Shown: one piece after another, positions 26,724 through 36,260 of the stretch
Layout: the number at the start of each line of letters is the position of its first letter
How positions within the stretch are numbered: position 1 is the first letter of the stretch
Assembly (NCBI GenBank): GCA_036265345.1
Contig: DATAPE010000165.1
Span: 1 to 53,488, forward strand
Length of the DNA stretch: 53,488 nucleotides
Direction of reading: 5' to 3'
DNA from: Actinomycetota bacterium
Lineage (GTDB): Bacteria; Actinomycetota; CADDZG01; WHSQ01
Made by a program: the position numbers and the translations under genes
The notes under the pieces: model-generated
What the model was told of the DNA's origin: nothing
What the model saw: the letters and a program-made list of their open reading frames with translations, nothing else
Databases searched by the model: none

Positions 26724-28238
26724 ATGCCCTCCCAGGTGGATGTCATTGCCAAACGCTACGAGTTACAGGAGGCCATAGCCAGCGGGGGCATGGCAACGGT
26801 GTGGCGCGCCACCGACACGGTGTTGACTCGCACCGTGGCCGTCAAGGTCCTCCATGCTCAACTCTCCGGCGATGAGGCATTCCTCGAACGCTTCCGGCGC
26901 GAAGCTCTGTCCGCTGCACGGCTCACCCATCCCAACATCGTCGCGATCTACGACACCGGCACCGACCACCGGGATGACTCCGAGGCCAAGCGGCACTTCA
27001 TCGTGATGGAGTACTGCTCCGGGGGGTCTCTGCAAGACCTCTTCGAGCGAGAAGGAAGATTGGACGTCGAGCGCGTGATCGATATCGGGACCAGCGTCTG
27101 CGATGCACTCGAGTATGCGCACCGCCTCGAGATCGTTCACCGCGACATCAAGCCCGGCAACATCCTCGTGGCCGAGGACGGCGCGCTGAAGGTAGGAGAT
27201 TTCGGGATCGCGAAGGCAGCCTTCGTCAGCGGAGACATCACGACTACCGGCAACATCCTCGGCACCGTCACCTACATCTCTCCCGAACAAGCGCGCGGCG
27301 AAGAACCCGACGCTCGGTCGGACCTCTATTCCCTGGGCATCGTTCTCTACCAGCTGTTGCTCGGACGGCCACCGTTCGCCGCCGAGACTCAGATAGGGAC
27401 CGCCATGAAACACGTTCAGGAAGCTCCACTAGCGCCGCGCAGCATCAAGGCCGGAATCCCGAAGGCCCTCGAAGCCACGATCCTCAAGAGCCTCGCGAAG
27501 CAGCCCGAAGATCGCTTCTCTTCGGCTGCTGAGATGCGCTTAGCCCTACAACGCTCCGGTGCGGGGGGCCGTACCACTGAGATGAGAACCATAGACAGGT
27601 CGCGGGCCCCGGCCTCCGAGCAGCCCGCGCAGAGCACTTCGTCTCTGGCCGCGTTCCGCTGGCTGATACCCGTGGTGCTGGCGGTAGTGGCGGTCGTCGC
27701 TCTCGCGCTGTACCTGCCGTCGGTGATCGGGAGCAACAATCGCAACCCCGGCCGCGGTCCTACAACGGGGCCCAGCGGGGGAGGCGGGAATCCGGGGGGC
27801 AAAGCGATCGCGATCTCGAGCGTGAGATCGTTCGATCCCGAGGGTGATGGAAGGGAGCACCCCGAGCTGGTGGATGAAGTGCATGACGGCAACCCCGCAA
27901 CGGGGTGGCATACCGAGGACTACAAATCGCCGCTTCAGGGCCAGAAGCCCGGCGTGGGACTCCTCTTCGACCTCGGCTCAAACGCTTCGGTTGATCGAGT
28001 TCAGATCGCCTCGCAGACGCCCGGCTATTCGTTCGAGCTCCGGGCCGGCAATAGTCCCGGCGCTTCAGAAACATCGTTCGATGTCATCGAGACGGTTGCA
28101 GGTGCCTCGGGCTCACAGGATGTCGTCTTCGGGTCCACCACCGATCGGTACTGGCTGGTATGGATCACATCGCTGCCGGGCGGGGGTGCCGGCACTGCTT
28201 ACTTGAACGAGGTCAGATTCTTCGGCCCCTCGAGCTGA
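26724..28238 (+). CDS. Hanks-type Ser/Thr protein kinase with TM helix and extracellular beta-sandwich (discoidin/CBM-like) domain
   Basis: 504 aa. Gly-rich loop IASGGMATVW, VAVK lysine, HRDIKPGN catalytic loop, DFG, activation loop TTTGNILGTVTYISPEQ, TM segment WLIPVVLAVVAVVALALYL. The C-terminal domain has DGNPATGWHTEDY...KPGVGLLFDLG...YWLVWIT. Confidence 0.9.
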   Translation: MPSQVDVIAKRYELQEAIASGGMATVWRATDTVLTRTVAVKVLHAQLSGDEAFLERFRREALSAARLTHPNIVAIYDTGTDHRDDSEAKRHFIVMEYCSGGSLQDLFEREGRLDVERVIDIGTSVCDALEYAHRLEIVHRDIKPGNILVAEDGALKVGDFGIAKAAFVSGDITTTGNILGTVTYISPEQARGEEPDARSDLYSLGIVLYQLLLGRPPFAAETQIGTAMKHVQEAPLAPRSIKAGIPKALEATILKSLAKQPEDRFSSAAEMRLALQRSGAGGRTTEMRTIDRSRAPASEQPAQSTSSLAAFRWLIPVVLAVVAVVALALYLPSVIGSNNRNPGRGPTTGPSGGGGNPGGKAIAISSVRSFDPEGDGREHPELVDEVHDGNPATGWHTEDYKSPLQGQKPGVGLLFDLGSNASVDRVQIASQTPGYSFELRAGNSPGASETSFDVIETVAGASGSQDVVFGSTTDRYWLVWITSLPGGGAGTAYLNEVRFFGPSS

Positions 28239-28254
28239 GAGGCCCCTCGAAGCC

Positions 28255-28839
28255 ATGGACCGGTTCGATAGGGAGATTGGCCAGGCGCCGGATGAAGACC
28301 TTCTGCGCCGCTTCGTCGACGGGGACGAGGACGCGTTCTCCGAGCTCATGCGGCGCCATGAGGACCGGGTCTTCGCGGTGGCCTACCGGATCACGGGCGA
28401 TCGGAGCGAAGCCCTGGACGCCACGCAGGAGGCGTTCATCTCGTTGTTCAAGCGAGCGAAGTCATTCCGCGGAGATTCGGCTTTCAGCACCTGGCTTTAC
28501 CGCATCGGGATGAACGCTGCCTACGACGTGATCAGGAAGAGACGCCCCACCGTGGAGGCACGCCCAGATCTGACCCAGGAGCTTGGCTCTTCCGGAGCCA
28601 CCGCGATGGAGGAGGCAGCCGGGATCCGGTCGGACGTCGCCGGCGCCCTCGCCGCCCTGCCGGCCGAGTACCGGGAAGCTGTGGTGATGCACGACCTGGG
28701 TAGCATCCCGTACGAGGAGATCGCCACCCTCACCAAAGTGAGTCTCGGCACCGTCAAATCGCGTATCAGCCGAGGACGAAGACGGCTTGCCGAACTGTTG
28801 GAACCCTCGTACCGGCCCGAGACGTCTAAGGACCAGTAA
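28255..28839 (+). CDS. ECF-type RNA polymerase sigma factor (SigM-like by position)
   Basis: 194 aa. Region 2 (FSELMRRHEDRVFAVAYRITGDRSEALDATQEAFISLF, FSTWLYRIGMNAAYD) and region 4 (LPAEYREAVVMHDLGSIPYEEIATLTKVSLGTVKSRISRGRRRL). Confidence 0.9.
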   Translation: MDRFDREIGQAPDEDLLRRFVDGDEDAFSELMRRHEDRVFAVAYRITGDRSEALDATQEAFISLFKRAKSFRGDSAFSTWLYRIGMNAAYDVIRKRRPTVEARPDLTQELGSSGATAMEEAAGIRSDVAGALAALPAEYREAVVMHDLGSIPYEEIATLTKVSLGTVKSRISRGRRRLAELLEPSYRPETSKDQ

Positions 28840-29759
28840 TGACTTCTCCTATGGATCACGACACCTGTTCACGGCTCCTGCGCGCCTACGTCGCCGGCGA
28901 TGCAGGCGAGGACGCGCCCGCCATAGCCCGCCATCTGCAGGACTGCCGGCAGTGTCAGGTCGAGCGCGCGGGACTGGAGATGCTCCTGGCCCCCGTCGAC
29001 CCATTGACCGAAGCCGAGCGGGCGGCCCTGCATGCCGGAGTGGCCGCAGCCACCCGCCCCCCGATCACCGCCCCGTCGCGGCTGACGCCGGTCCCCGCAC
29101 CAGGAGGCTCCGCTGCCCGGCGCCCGCCTGGCAGGGAGGGCCAGCCGTCGGGCCCGGTCGATATCGCCAGTCGGCGACTGCGGCGCTTCGCGCCGGCATT
29201 GAGTGCTGCCGCGGCCATCCTGCTCGTGCTGAGCGGCGTCATCCTGTTCCAGCACGTGGGTACGAGCCAAAACTCCCCGTCCGCCGCCTCGGCGAAGGGC
29301 CAGGTCAACGGCGCGCAACCGGCACGCTCGGGCCCGGGCGCAAAGCCCGGGGGCGTGGAGTCGGTTCCCCTCCCGGCGTTCCGAGCGGGTCAGCTGGCCG
29401 ATATCGACCAGGTGCAGACGCAAGCCGCGTCGTTGGCGACCGCGTTCGCCCGCGCCTACAGCGGATCCCAGATCGAGCAACTCGCCCCCGGCTTCCTCCG
29501 CCGGCTGGTCCATCTGGCTCCCTTGCAACACCGGGCTCAACTCCGGCAGTGCGGGGACCACTTCCTAGAGACGTCCGGCGGGACTGCCATCCCCTTGCTC
29601 GGGAGTCGCACCACCCTTGACAAGGCCCCCGTATTGGCGCTGGCCTTTGCCTCCTCGAGCTCCCCCGGAGGACCACTGACGCGTCTGATGGTCGTGGCGT
29701 GGCCTCTAGGGTCGTGCAGCCACGCGGTGACCGAAAGAGGCGTGGCCATCGCCCGCTGA
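28839..29759 (+). CDS. anti-sigma factor (zf-HC2 type) with one TM helix
   Basis: 306 aa. The start overlaps the sigma stop (TAATG). N-terminal H-x3-C-x2-C motif (ARHLQDCRQC) and central TM segment (ALSAAAAILLVLSGVILF). Confidence 0.75.
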   Translation: MTSPMDHDTCSRLLRAYVAGDAGEDAPAIARHLQDCRQCQVERAGLEMLLAPVDPLTEAERAALHAGVAAATRPPITAPSRLTPVPAPGGSAARRPPGREGQPSGPVDIASRRLRRFAPALSAAAAILLVLSGVILFQHVGTSQNSPSAASAKGQVNGAQPARSGPGAKPGGVESVPLPAFRAGQLADIDQVQTQAASLATAFARAYSGSQIEQLAPGFLRRLVHLAPLQHRAQLRQCGDHFLETSGGTAIPLLGSRTTLDKAPVLALAFASSSSPGGPLTRLMVVAWPLGSCSHAVTERGVAIAR

Positions 29760-29809
29760 CTCGGGAAAGGCTGCGGAATCAAAGCCTCCGGGGTTCCGTT
29801 GACTAAGGT

Positions 29810-30751
29810 ATGAGAGACGTGGATGAAGGCGACGTTAAGAAGGTAGTCATCGTCGGCTCGGGGCCGGCGGGCCTGACCGCGGCGGTCTATGCGGCCCGGG
29901 CGGACCTTTCCCCCCTGGTGCTGGAGGGCCTCGAGGCCGGGGGCCAGCTGATGCTGACCACCGATGTGGAGAACTACCCGGGCTTCGCCGACGGGATCCT
30001 GGGGCCGGAGCTCATGGAGCGCATGCGCAAGCAGGCGGGACGCTTCGGGGCCGACCTCATGGCCGAAGACGTCACCTCGGTCGACCTCTCCACTCGTCCC
30101 TTCGTGGTTTCCACCAGCAGCGACACATGGAGGGCCCATTCCGTCATCATCTCGACCGGAGCTTCCGCCAAGATGCTGAACGTCCCCGGCGAGCGCGAGC
30201 TTCTGGGTCATGGCGTCTCGACCTGCGCCACCTGCGACGGCTTCTTCTTCAGAGACCAGGAGCTGGTCATGGTCGGTGGCGGGGACTCGGCGGTGGAAGA
30301 GGCGATCTTCCTCACCAAGTTCGCTTCCAAGGTCACGATCGTACACCGGCGCGACACCTTGCGCGCATCGAAGATCCTTCAGGATCGCGCCTTCGAGAAC
30401 CCCAAGATCGATTTCATCTGGGATTCGACGGTCGACCACATCTACGGCAACGGCAAGGTCGCAGGCGCCCGGCTGAAGAACCTCAAGACCGGGGACGAAG
30501 CCGACGTCCCGGCGGGCGGGGTGTTCGTGGCCATCGGGCACAATCCGAACACGTCCCTATTCGAGGGCCAGCTCGAGCTGTCGGGGGGCTACATAGTGGT
30601 CGACGGGGCCGGCACCGAAACCTCGGTCCCCGGCGTCTTCGCGGCGGGCGACGTGGTCGATTCCCGCTACCGGCAGGCGATCACTGCAGCCGGTATGGGA
30701 TGCATGGCTGCCATGGACGCCGAACGCTATCTGGAAGCGAACCGCCTGTAG
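29810..30751 (+). CDS. trxB: thioredoxin-disulfide reductase
   Basis: 313 aa. GSGPAG FAD motif, redox-active [21 protein letters not shown] motif, GVFAAGDV. Confidence 0.95.
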   Translation: MRDVDEGDVKKVVIVGSGPAGLTAAVYAARADLSPLVLEGLEAGGQLMLTTDVENYPGFADGILGPELMERMRKQAGRFGADLMAEDVTSVDLSTRPFVVSTSSDTWRAHSVIISTGASAKMLNVPGERELLGHGVSTCATCDGFFFRDQELVMVGGGDSAVEEAIFLTKFASKVTIVHRRDTLRASKILQDRAFENPKIDFIWDSTVDHIYGNGKVAGARLKNLKTGDEADVPAGGVFVAIGHNPNTSLFEGQLELSGGYIVVDGAGTETSVPGVFAAGDVVDSRYRQAITAAGMGCMAAMDAERYLEANRL

Positions 30752-30854
30752 CTCGTACGCTCGCGCCGATGCGTTCCTCATGTCGACTATTTCCAGGGCA
30801 AACCAATAGCTCGTTCACGGTGGCTTCCGGACGCGCCTCCGCGGCGGACCAGCC

Positions 30855-31901
30855 TTGAACCGCCTGATCCGAGAAGGCGACCGCTCCCCCGAGGCCGCCG
30901 ACGTGCAGGCACGGCTGCGCGCCCTCGGGATCGAATTGGATGACGAATGGGGAGCCTTCGGCCCCAGTACCAAGCAGGCGGTTCGCGCCTTCCAACAGCG
31001 GCGGGGGATCTTGGCGGACGGTGTGGTCGGCCCCGACACCTGGTTGGAGCTCGTCGAGGCGTCGTGGAGGTTGGGCGACCGCGTGCTCTATCTGAAACAG
31101 CCTGCGATCAGGGGAGACGATGTCGCCACATTGCAGGCCCGGCTGAACGCCCTCGGCTTCGACGCGGGACGGGACGACGGCATCTTCGGCAAGAGTGCAG
31201 ACGCTGCAGTGCGAGCCTTCCAGAAGGAGTACGGGGTTCAGGAAGACGGCATCTTCGGGCCCCGCAGCCACGCGGCTCTGGTGGGGCTTCGGGTCGAACG
31301 GCCCGGCGTGACCGCCGACCTGCGGGAAGAGCTGAAGCGGGCAGAAAGCAGCGGACTTCACTCCACCCTGATAGTGGTCGACCCCGGCCACGGAGGGACC
31401 GACGCCGGCGAGCAGCCTGAGGGAAGGCTGTCCGAGAGCGACATCTGCTGGGACATCGGCCAGCGGTTGGCGGCGAGGCTCGCGGGGGCGGGGGCAAGGG
31501 TCCGGCTCAGCCGCAACGAAGCCGAAGGCCCCGAAAGCGCCGAGCGCGCCCGGCGCGCCAACGCGATCGATGCCGACCTGTTCCTGTCGCTGCACCTCAA
31601 CACGAATCCGGAGCCGCAAGCCGAAGGAGCGTCCACGTATTACTTCCGGGCGTCGCGGGCCGGCGAAGCGCTCGCCGATGCCATCCAGGGCGAGTTGACC
31701 GGTCTGGGCTTGCGTGACTGCAGAAGCCACGGGCGCTCCTACCCCATCTTGAGAGAGACTCGGATGCCTGCCGTTCTCATCGAGCCCGCGTTCATCACGA
31801 ACCCCGACGAAGCCAAGAGACTCGAGGATCCCGATTTCCGCGCCGCGGTCGCCGACGCCGTTCTGGCGGCGGCTCGGAAGTACTACGAGGCGCGCTCCTA
31901 G
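30855..31901 (+). CDS. cwlM: peptidoglycan-binding N-acetylmuramoyl-L-alanine amidase (CwlM-like)
   Basis: 348 aa with a TTG start. Two PG_binding_1-type repeats (V..LQ.RL..LG...D..G.FG..T..AV..FQ...G...DG..G) followed by an Amidase_3 domain (VVDPGHGGTD, SLHLN, LIEPAFITNP). Same position as mycobacterial cwlM. Confidence 0.85.
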   Translation: MNRLIREGDRSPEAADVQARLRALGIELDDEWGAFGPSTKQAVRAFQQRRGILADGVVGPDTWLELVEASWRLGDRVLYLKQPAIRGDDVATLQARLNALGFDAGRDDGIFGKSADAAVRAFQKEYGVQEDGIFGPRSHAALVGLRVERPGVTADLREELKRAESSGLHSTLIVVDPGHGGTDAGEQPEGRLSESDICWDIGQRLAARLAGAGARVRLSRNEAEGPESAERARRANAIDADLFLSLHLNTNPEPQAEGASTYYFRASRAGEALADAIQGELTGLGLRDCRSHGRSYPILRETRMPAVLIEPAFITNPDEAKRLEDPDFRAAVADAVLAAARKYYEARS

Positions 31902-32830
31902 TCCGGCGACACCCGCGCCGCCGACGGTGGCGCGCCCGCAAGCATCACGCCCTGTAGCCGCTCCAATTCCTCTAGGGATACGAAGTCGACAACGATCCTT
32001 CCCTTCCGCGTGCCCATCTCGACCCGGACCCTGGTCTGGAGGCCGTCGCTTAGCGCGCGTTGCGCCTCGGTGGCCGCGGCCGGCAGCTGTCGGCCGCCCC
32101 CTGATGAGGAGCGGGCGCCGGCGACGAGGGCCTGATAACGCTGCACCTGAGCTGCGGTCTCGCGCACTGACCAGTCCTCGTCGGCGGCGCGTCGAGCCAC
32201 CCGCTCGAGAAATGGGTTCCCTTCCAGGGCTAGAAGCGCCTTGCCGTGCGCGGGGGTAAGACGCCGGGCGGCCACCAGAGACTGCACCGACACGGGGAGA
32301 TCCAGCAGCCTGAGCCGGTTCGTGATCGTGACGCGGTTGCGGCCCAGTCGCTCGCCGAGTGCTTCCTGCGTCAGTCCTCCGTCGTCGATCAGCTGCTGGT
32401 ACGCGGCCGCCTCCTCGATGGCGTTCAGGTCGGCCCGGTGGAGGTTCTCGACCAGAGCTCGCTCGAGTGCCCCACGGTCGTCGGTTTCGATCACGACCGC
32501 AGGCACCCGGCTGAGACCGGCTCGGCGAGCGGCGCGCCACCGGCGTTCCCCGGCCACCAGCTCGTACCCGCGCGGAGAGGGACGCACGATCACAGGCTGA
32601 AGAAGCCCCAGCTGAGCGATCGACGTGGCCAGCTCGGCGATGGTGTCCTCGTCGAATGTGCGCCGCGGTTGCCGGCTGTTGGGCTCGATCTCGTCGAGCG
32701 TTACGTCCCTGACCGGCGTGGCGCTGTCTCCTGTGGACGCCCGGTCCGATGGGGGCAGCAGGGCGTCCAGGCCGCGTCCCAAACCGGATCGCTTCAACCC
32801 GTCCCCGTCCAGGGCTGAAGCGGGGGCCAC
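31898..32830 (-). CDS. parB: chromosome partitioning protein ParB
   Basis: 310 aa. GLGRGLDALL, the ParB box (QPR..FD...I.ELA.SI...GLLQPV.VR, ELVAGERRWRAA) and an HTH segment. An alternative TTG start at 32797 would reduce the overlap with parA. Confidence 0.9.
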   Translation of the reverse strand: MAPASALDGDGLKRSGLGRGLDALLPPSDRASTGDSATPVRDVTLDEIEPNSRQPRRTFDEDTIAELATSIAQLGLLQPVIVRPSPRGYELVAGERRWRAARRAGLSRVPAVVIETDDRGALERALVENLHRADLNAIEEAAAYQQLIDDGGLTQEALGERLGRNRVTITNRLRLLDLPVSVQSLVAARRLTPAHGKALLALEGNPFLERVARRAADEDWSVRETAAQVQRYQALVAGARSSSGGGRQLPAAATEAQRALSDGLQTRVRVEMGTRKGRIVVDFVSLEELERLQGVMLAGAPPSAARVSPD

Positions 32831-33756
32831 GCTCGTTCGATCCCTGGCGGGATCGGGGTGGCGACTCCATACCCGCGCCCCCCGGGCCCCGGCACGGAGA
32901 CGCTGGTTGGCGATGGTGCCCCCTCCGTCTGGGACCCGTCCCGCGTCGAAGCGATCTCGTCTGCCAGCGCGAGGTAGGAGCGCGCCCCGCGGGATGAGGG
33001 ATCGAGGGTCACTGCCGGTTCTCCGAACGACGGGGCCTCGGACAACTTGATGCTGCGAGGTATCACGGTGTCGTAGACGATCGGTCCGAAGTGCTTGCGC
33101 ACCTCTTCTGCGACCTCGGGGGAAAGGTTCGTACGGGCGTCGTACATCGTGAGGAGGATCCCCGCGATCCGCAGCTCGCGATTCAAAGACTTCCTCACCC
33201 GCTCGGCGTTCCCCACGAGCTGGCCCAGGCCCTCCAGCGCGTAGTACTCACATTGAACCGGTACGACGAGGTCGTCGGCAGCAACCATCGCATTGATCGT
33301 CAGCAAGCCCAGCGACGGGGGGCAATCGATGAAGACGACGTCGAAGGTGCCGGCTGCCTCCACCAGGCACTCCTGGAGCCTGTGCTCCCGGGCTAGAGCG
33401 GTGACGAGCTCGATCTCCGCCCCGGCGAGATCGACCGACGCGGGCGCGCACTGCAGTCCGGAGACCGGAGTGGGAACAACCACTTCGGGCAAGGAGGCCT
33501 CCTGCATGATGAGGTCGTAAGTCGACTTCCCACCCGCACGGTGGTCGAGCCCAAGGCCGGTAGTGGCGTTGGCCTGGGGATCGATATCGACCACCAGGAC
33601 GCGGCGGCCGCGGGCCGCAAGCGCCGCACCGAGGTTGAGGGTCGTGGTGGTCTTTCCCACCCCGCCCTTCTGATTCGCCACGCACACCAGCCAGCCGTCT
33701 ACCCGAGGTGGTCTTCGTTCCAATATCTGCCATTTTTGGATGCCAGGCAATGCCAT
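32794..33756 (-). CDS. parA: chromosome partitioning ATPase ParA/Soj
   Basis: 320 aa. Deviant Walker A NQKGGVGKTTT, DIDPQAN, FIDCPPSLG. The C-terminal extension is Pro/Gly-rich. Confidence 0.95.
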   Translation of the reverse strand: MALPGIQKWQILERRPPRVDGWLVCVANQKGGVGKTTTTLNLGAALAARGRRVLVVDIDPQANATTGLGLDHRAGGKSTYDLIMQEASLPEVVVPTPVSGLQCAPASVDLAGAEIELVTALAREHRLQECLVEAAGTFDVVFIDCPPSLGLLTINAMVAADDLVVPVQCEYYALEGLGQLVGNAERVRKSLNRELRIAGILLTMYDARTNLSPEVAEEVRKHFGPIVYDTVIPRSIKLSEAPSFGEPAVTLDPSSRGARSYLALADEIASTRDGSQTEGAPSPTSVSVPGPGGRGYGVATPIPPGIERAWPPLQPWTGTG

Positions 33757-34317
33757 CTAACTCGTGACCTCCGGCGCCACACGGATAAAGATGCCGCGGC
33801 CCCATTCTTTCGCGCCCGGCGGGATTTCGGCGGTTTTTCCCGCGAACACCGCGGCCGTGCCCCCCGGCGCGGTCAGCGGCGCCAGGAGCTCGAAGCTCCG
33901 GTCTGGGGGGGCCACAGCTCTCGCCACCGCCAACACATGGGCGCGGCGGAGGACGGGGTCCCTCGCTGCGTCTTCGGCCGTGACGGGGTGGACCTCCACG
34001 TTGTCGAGGCCAAGCTCGCGCACGACCTCCTCCAGGAAGCCGGCCCGCTTCGACCTCGGCTCCAGGAGCCGCCACGGCCGCCCTGGGCGGGCCACCGCTA
34101 GCACGATCCCCGGTAGCCCTGCTCCCGATCCGACGTCAACCGCCGCTCCCGGAACGACGGCATCGGACAACGGCAGCAGGCGCAGGCAGTCGTGGATGTG
34201 GCGGGCGCGGAAACGGCTCAGGTCGCGGGGGGCGACGAGGTCGAGCCTCGGGGCCCACCGGGAGACCAGGGAGAGGTAGAGGTCCAACCTGCTTTCCATA
34301 CCCTCGGGAGTGACCAT
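33757..34317 (-). CDS. rsmG: 16S rRNA (guanine527-N7)-methyltransferase RsmG (GidB)
   Basis: 186 aa. H..D.L.......... VDVGSGAGLPG SAM motif, in the conserved position between jag and parA. Confidence 0.9.
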   Translation of the reverse strand: MVTPEGMESRLDLYLSLVSRWAPRLDLVAPRDLSRFRARHIHDCLRLLPLSDAVVPGAAVDVGSGAGLPGIVLAVARPGRPWRLLEPRSKRAGFLEEVVRELGLDNVEVHPVTAEDAARDPVLRRAHVLAVARAVAPPDRSFELLAPLTAPGGTAAVFAGKTAEIPPGAKEWGRGIFIRVAPEVTS

Positions 34318-34374
34318 GTTCCCCGATTTACAGGCTCTGACCTGCAGGAATGTCCACGGTTGCGGGAGCCGGAG

Positions 34375-34992
34375 TTACTCCTCGCCCCGGATGATGACCT
34401 TGCGCTGTGGCTCTTCGCCCTCCGAATAGCTGCTGGCCCCCGGCACCTCCGCCACTGCGGTGTGGACGATCTTGCGCTCATAGGCGCTCATCGGCTCGAG
34501 CTCTATCTCGGTCCCTCGCGCCTTGGCCCTCTCGGCCATCGCGGTGGCGTAGTCGGCGAGAGACGCCTGCCGGCGGGCGCGATAGCCCTCGATGTCGACC
34601 AGGACCCTCACCCGGGCCTTCAGGCGGTGCTGCACCGCGGTCCGGGTCAGCTCCTGGACCGCATCGAGCGTCTGTCCCCGGCGCCCTATCAGCACTCCCA
34701 TCGCCTCCCCCGTCACCTCGACCAGCGCGGAATCATCGGTCACCGACGAAGCCACCTCGGCCTCCAGCTCCGCCGCCTGCAAGAGACCGGCGACGAATTC
34801 CTCAGCGGTAGCGGCGACGGTCTCGAGCGGCGGGGGCTCGGCCGCGAACCCGTCCTGGTCGGAACGGCCTTCCAGCCGCTCGGGGGCGACAAGGGCACCG
34901 TTCGCAGCCGCTTCGAGAGGGGACGATGCCGGATCGTCGGCGGGGCGGTCGCTCCCGTCCGCTTCCGCAGGGGTCGGAGTGAGGTCGCTCAC
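34375..34992 (-). CDS. jag: Jag/KhpB-type RNA-binding protein (KH + R3H domains)
   Basis: 205 aa with a GTG start. GVLIGRRGQTLDAVQEL (KH GxxG) and the C-terminal R3H segment (LEPMSAYERKIVHTAV....ASSYSEGEEP.R.V.I). Confidence 0.85.
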   Translation of the reverse strand: MSDLTPTPAEADGSDRPADDPASSPLEAAANGALVAPERLEGRSDQDGFAAEPPPLETVAATAEEFVAGLLQAAELEAEVASSVTDDSALVEVTGEAMGVLIGRRGQTLDAVQELTRTAVQHRLKARVRVLVDIEGYRARRQASLADYATAMAERAKARGTEIELEPMSAYERKIVHTAVAEVPGASSYSEGEEPQRKVIIRGEE

Positions 34993-36020
34993 TTCTTCTT
35001 CTTCTTCTTGTTGGCCTGCGATTTGTTCGCCTGAGAGCGGGCGGGCCGCGGGGGCGCTCCGTTACCCGGGACCGCCTTGCCGGGAGCGGGTTTCGGGGGC
35101 GGCTTCTTGGCGAGCTTGGCAGGGCCCCCTTTGGTCGTACCGTCGGTGGCTCCGGATGAAGTGGCCGCCAACGGGCCGACGGTGACCTTTCCCAGGATGA
35201 ATTGCTGCTGCAGGATCGTGAGGATGTTGGTGGTCAGCCAGTAGAAAACGACACCGATCGGGAACGTGTACGCGAACACCATCAGCAGGAAGGGCATGAA
35301 CTTCGTGAACATCTGCATCTGTTGCTGCTGGGGGTCGCTGGCGGCGCCCTTCGTGGCCGTCATCTGCTTCTGCTGATACCAGGTGGTGATGCCCATGAGG
35401 AGCACGAGGACGAGATACGGCAGCGCCGACACGACTCCGTGGCCGCACACCGCGTACTGCTGATCTGGCAGAGTGGGGCTGCGCTGGCCCGTCAGAGCGT
35501 AGGAGGCCCCGCAGTCGAGGCGTAGCCCGAGGAACTTGTTGACCTGGATGGGCATCTGCTGGAGGCCCTTGGCGAGCGCCGATCCCTGGGCCACCGAGAA
35601 GATCCCTTGAGCCGAGTGATTAACCACCCAGTGCGTAGCAGTTTGAACGGTGCTGAGGTTGGTGTATCCGAGGTAGGCAAGAGGGGCCCTGATCACCCGG
35701 TAGAGGGCGATGAGGACGGGGAACTGCATCAGCAGCGGCAGACAGCCGCCGAACGGGTTGACGCCGTGCTCCTTGTAGAGCGCCATCATCATCTCGTTCA
35801 GCTTCTGACGGTCGCCCTTGTACTTCGCCTGGAGCTTCTTGACCTCGGGTTGGATCCGTTGCATCTCCCGCATCGACCTGGTCTGTTTGATCGACAGGGG
35901 CAGCAGGATCACCCTGACCACGATGGTCAGCAGGATGATGGCGACCCCGTAGCTGCCGATGACGCCGTAGATCGCGGCGAGGCCCGCCGCAAAGGGCTCG
36001 AAGAGCGGGATGTGCGGCAC
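34989..36020 (-). CDS. yidC: membrane protein insertase YidC
   Basis: 343 aa. LLPLSIKQTRSM..MQ..QP....LQ.KYK.D...L..E.M.LYKE.GVNP..GCLP.L.Q.P...ALY core, with a basic C-terminal tail ending KKKKKK. Confidence 0.95.
   Translation of the reverse strand: MPHIPLFEPFAAGLAAIYGVIGSYGVAIILLTIVVRVILLPLSIKQTRSMREMQRIQPEVKKLQAKYKGDRQKLNEMMMALYKEHGVNPFGGCLPLLMQFPVLIALYRVIRAPLAYLGYTNLSTVQTATHWVVNHSAQGIFSVAQGSALAKGLQQMPIQVNKFLGLRLDCGASYALTGQRSPTLPDQQYAVCGHGVVSALPYLVLVLLMGITTWYQQKQMTATKGAASDPQQQQMQMFTKFMPFLLMVFAYTFPIGVVFYWLTTNILTILQQQFILGKVTVGPLAATSSGATDGTTKGGPAKLAKKPPPKPAPGKAVPGNGAPPRPARSQANKSQANKKKKKK
34992..35009. repeat. (CTT)6 / (AAG)6 trinucleotide run encoding the YidC poly-Lys tail
   Basis: Read directly: cttcttcttcttcttctt at the 3' end of yidC, abutting the jag start codon. 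Confidence 0.9.
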
Positions 36021-36023
36021 GGT

Positions 36024-36260
36024 CTAGCGGGGGGCCTTCTCGAGCGGCACCGGATCGAAGCCCCCGGGGGCCCATGGGTGGCAGCGCCCGATGCGTCGGA
36101 GAGCCATCAGGCCGCCCCGAGCGGCCCCGTAACGGCTCACGGCATCCATCGCATAGCGCGAGCAAGTCGGTTCATAGCGGCAGTGGCGTCCGAAGAGAGG
36201 GGAGATCAGGCGGCGGTAAAGCCCGATCGCGACCACCAGGATCCGGGCCGGCAAGCTCAC
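36024..36260 (-). CDS. yidD: membrane protein insertion efficiency factor YidD
   Basis: 78 aa. YRR.ISP.....CRYEPTCS.YA..A....G...G......R..RCHP signature. Confidence 0.9.
   Translation of the reverse strand: MSLPARILVVAIGLYRRLISPLFGRHCRYEPTCSRYAMDAVSRYGAARGGLMALRRIGRCHPWAPGGFDPVPLEKAPR

Noticed and set aside
30681-32870. 729-aa minus-strand ORF, the longest non-annotated ORF in the track
   Set aside because: It is Arg/Gly/Pro/Ala-rich with no motifs. It runs antisense to the well-supported cwlM gene and off-frame through parB. This is the typical stop-codon-poor shadow ORF of high-GC DNA.
31898-34374. Search for parS sites (TGTTTCACGTGAAACA-like) near parAB and across the window
   Set aside because: I found only isolated half-sites inside coding regions (GTTTCAC at 2274-2280, GTGAAAC at 39713-39719) and no 14-16-bp palindrome. 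parS may lie outside the window or deviate from the consensus. No claim is made.
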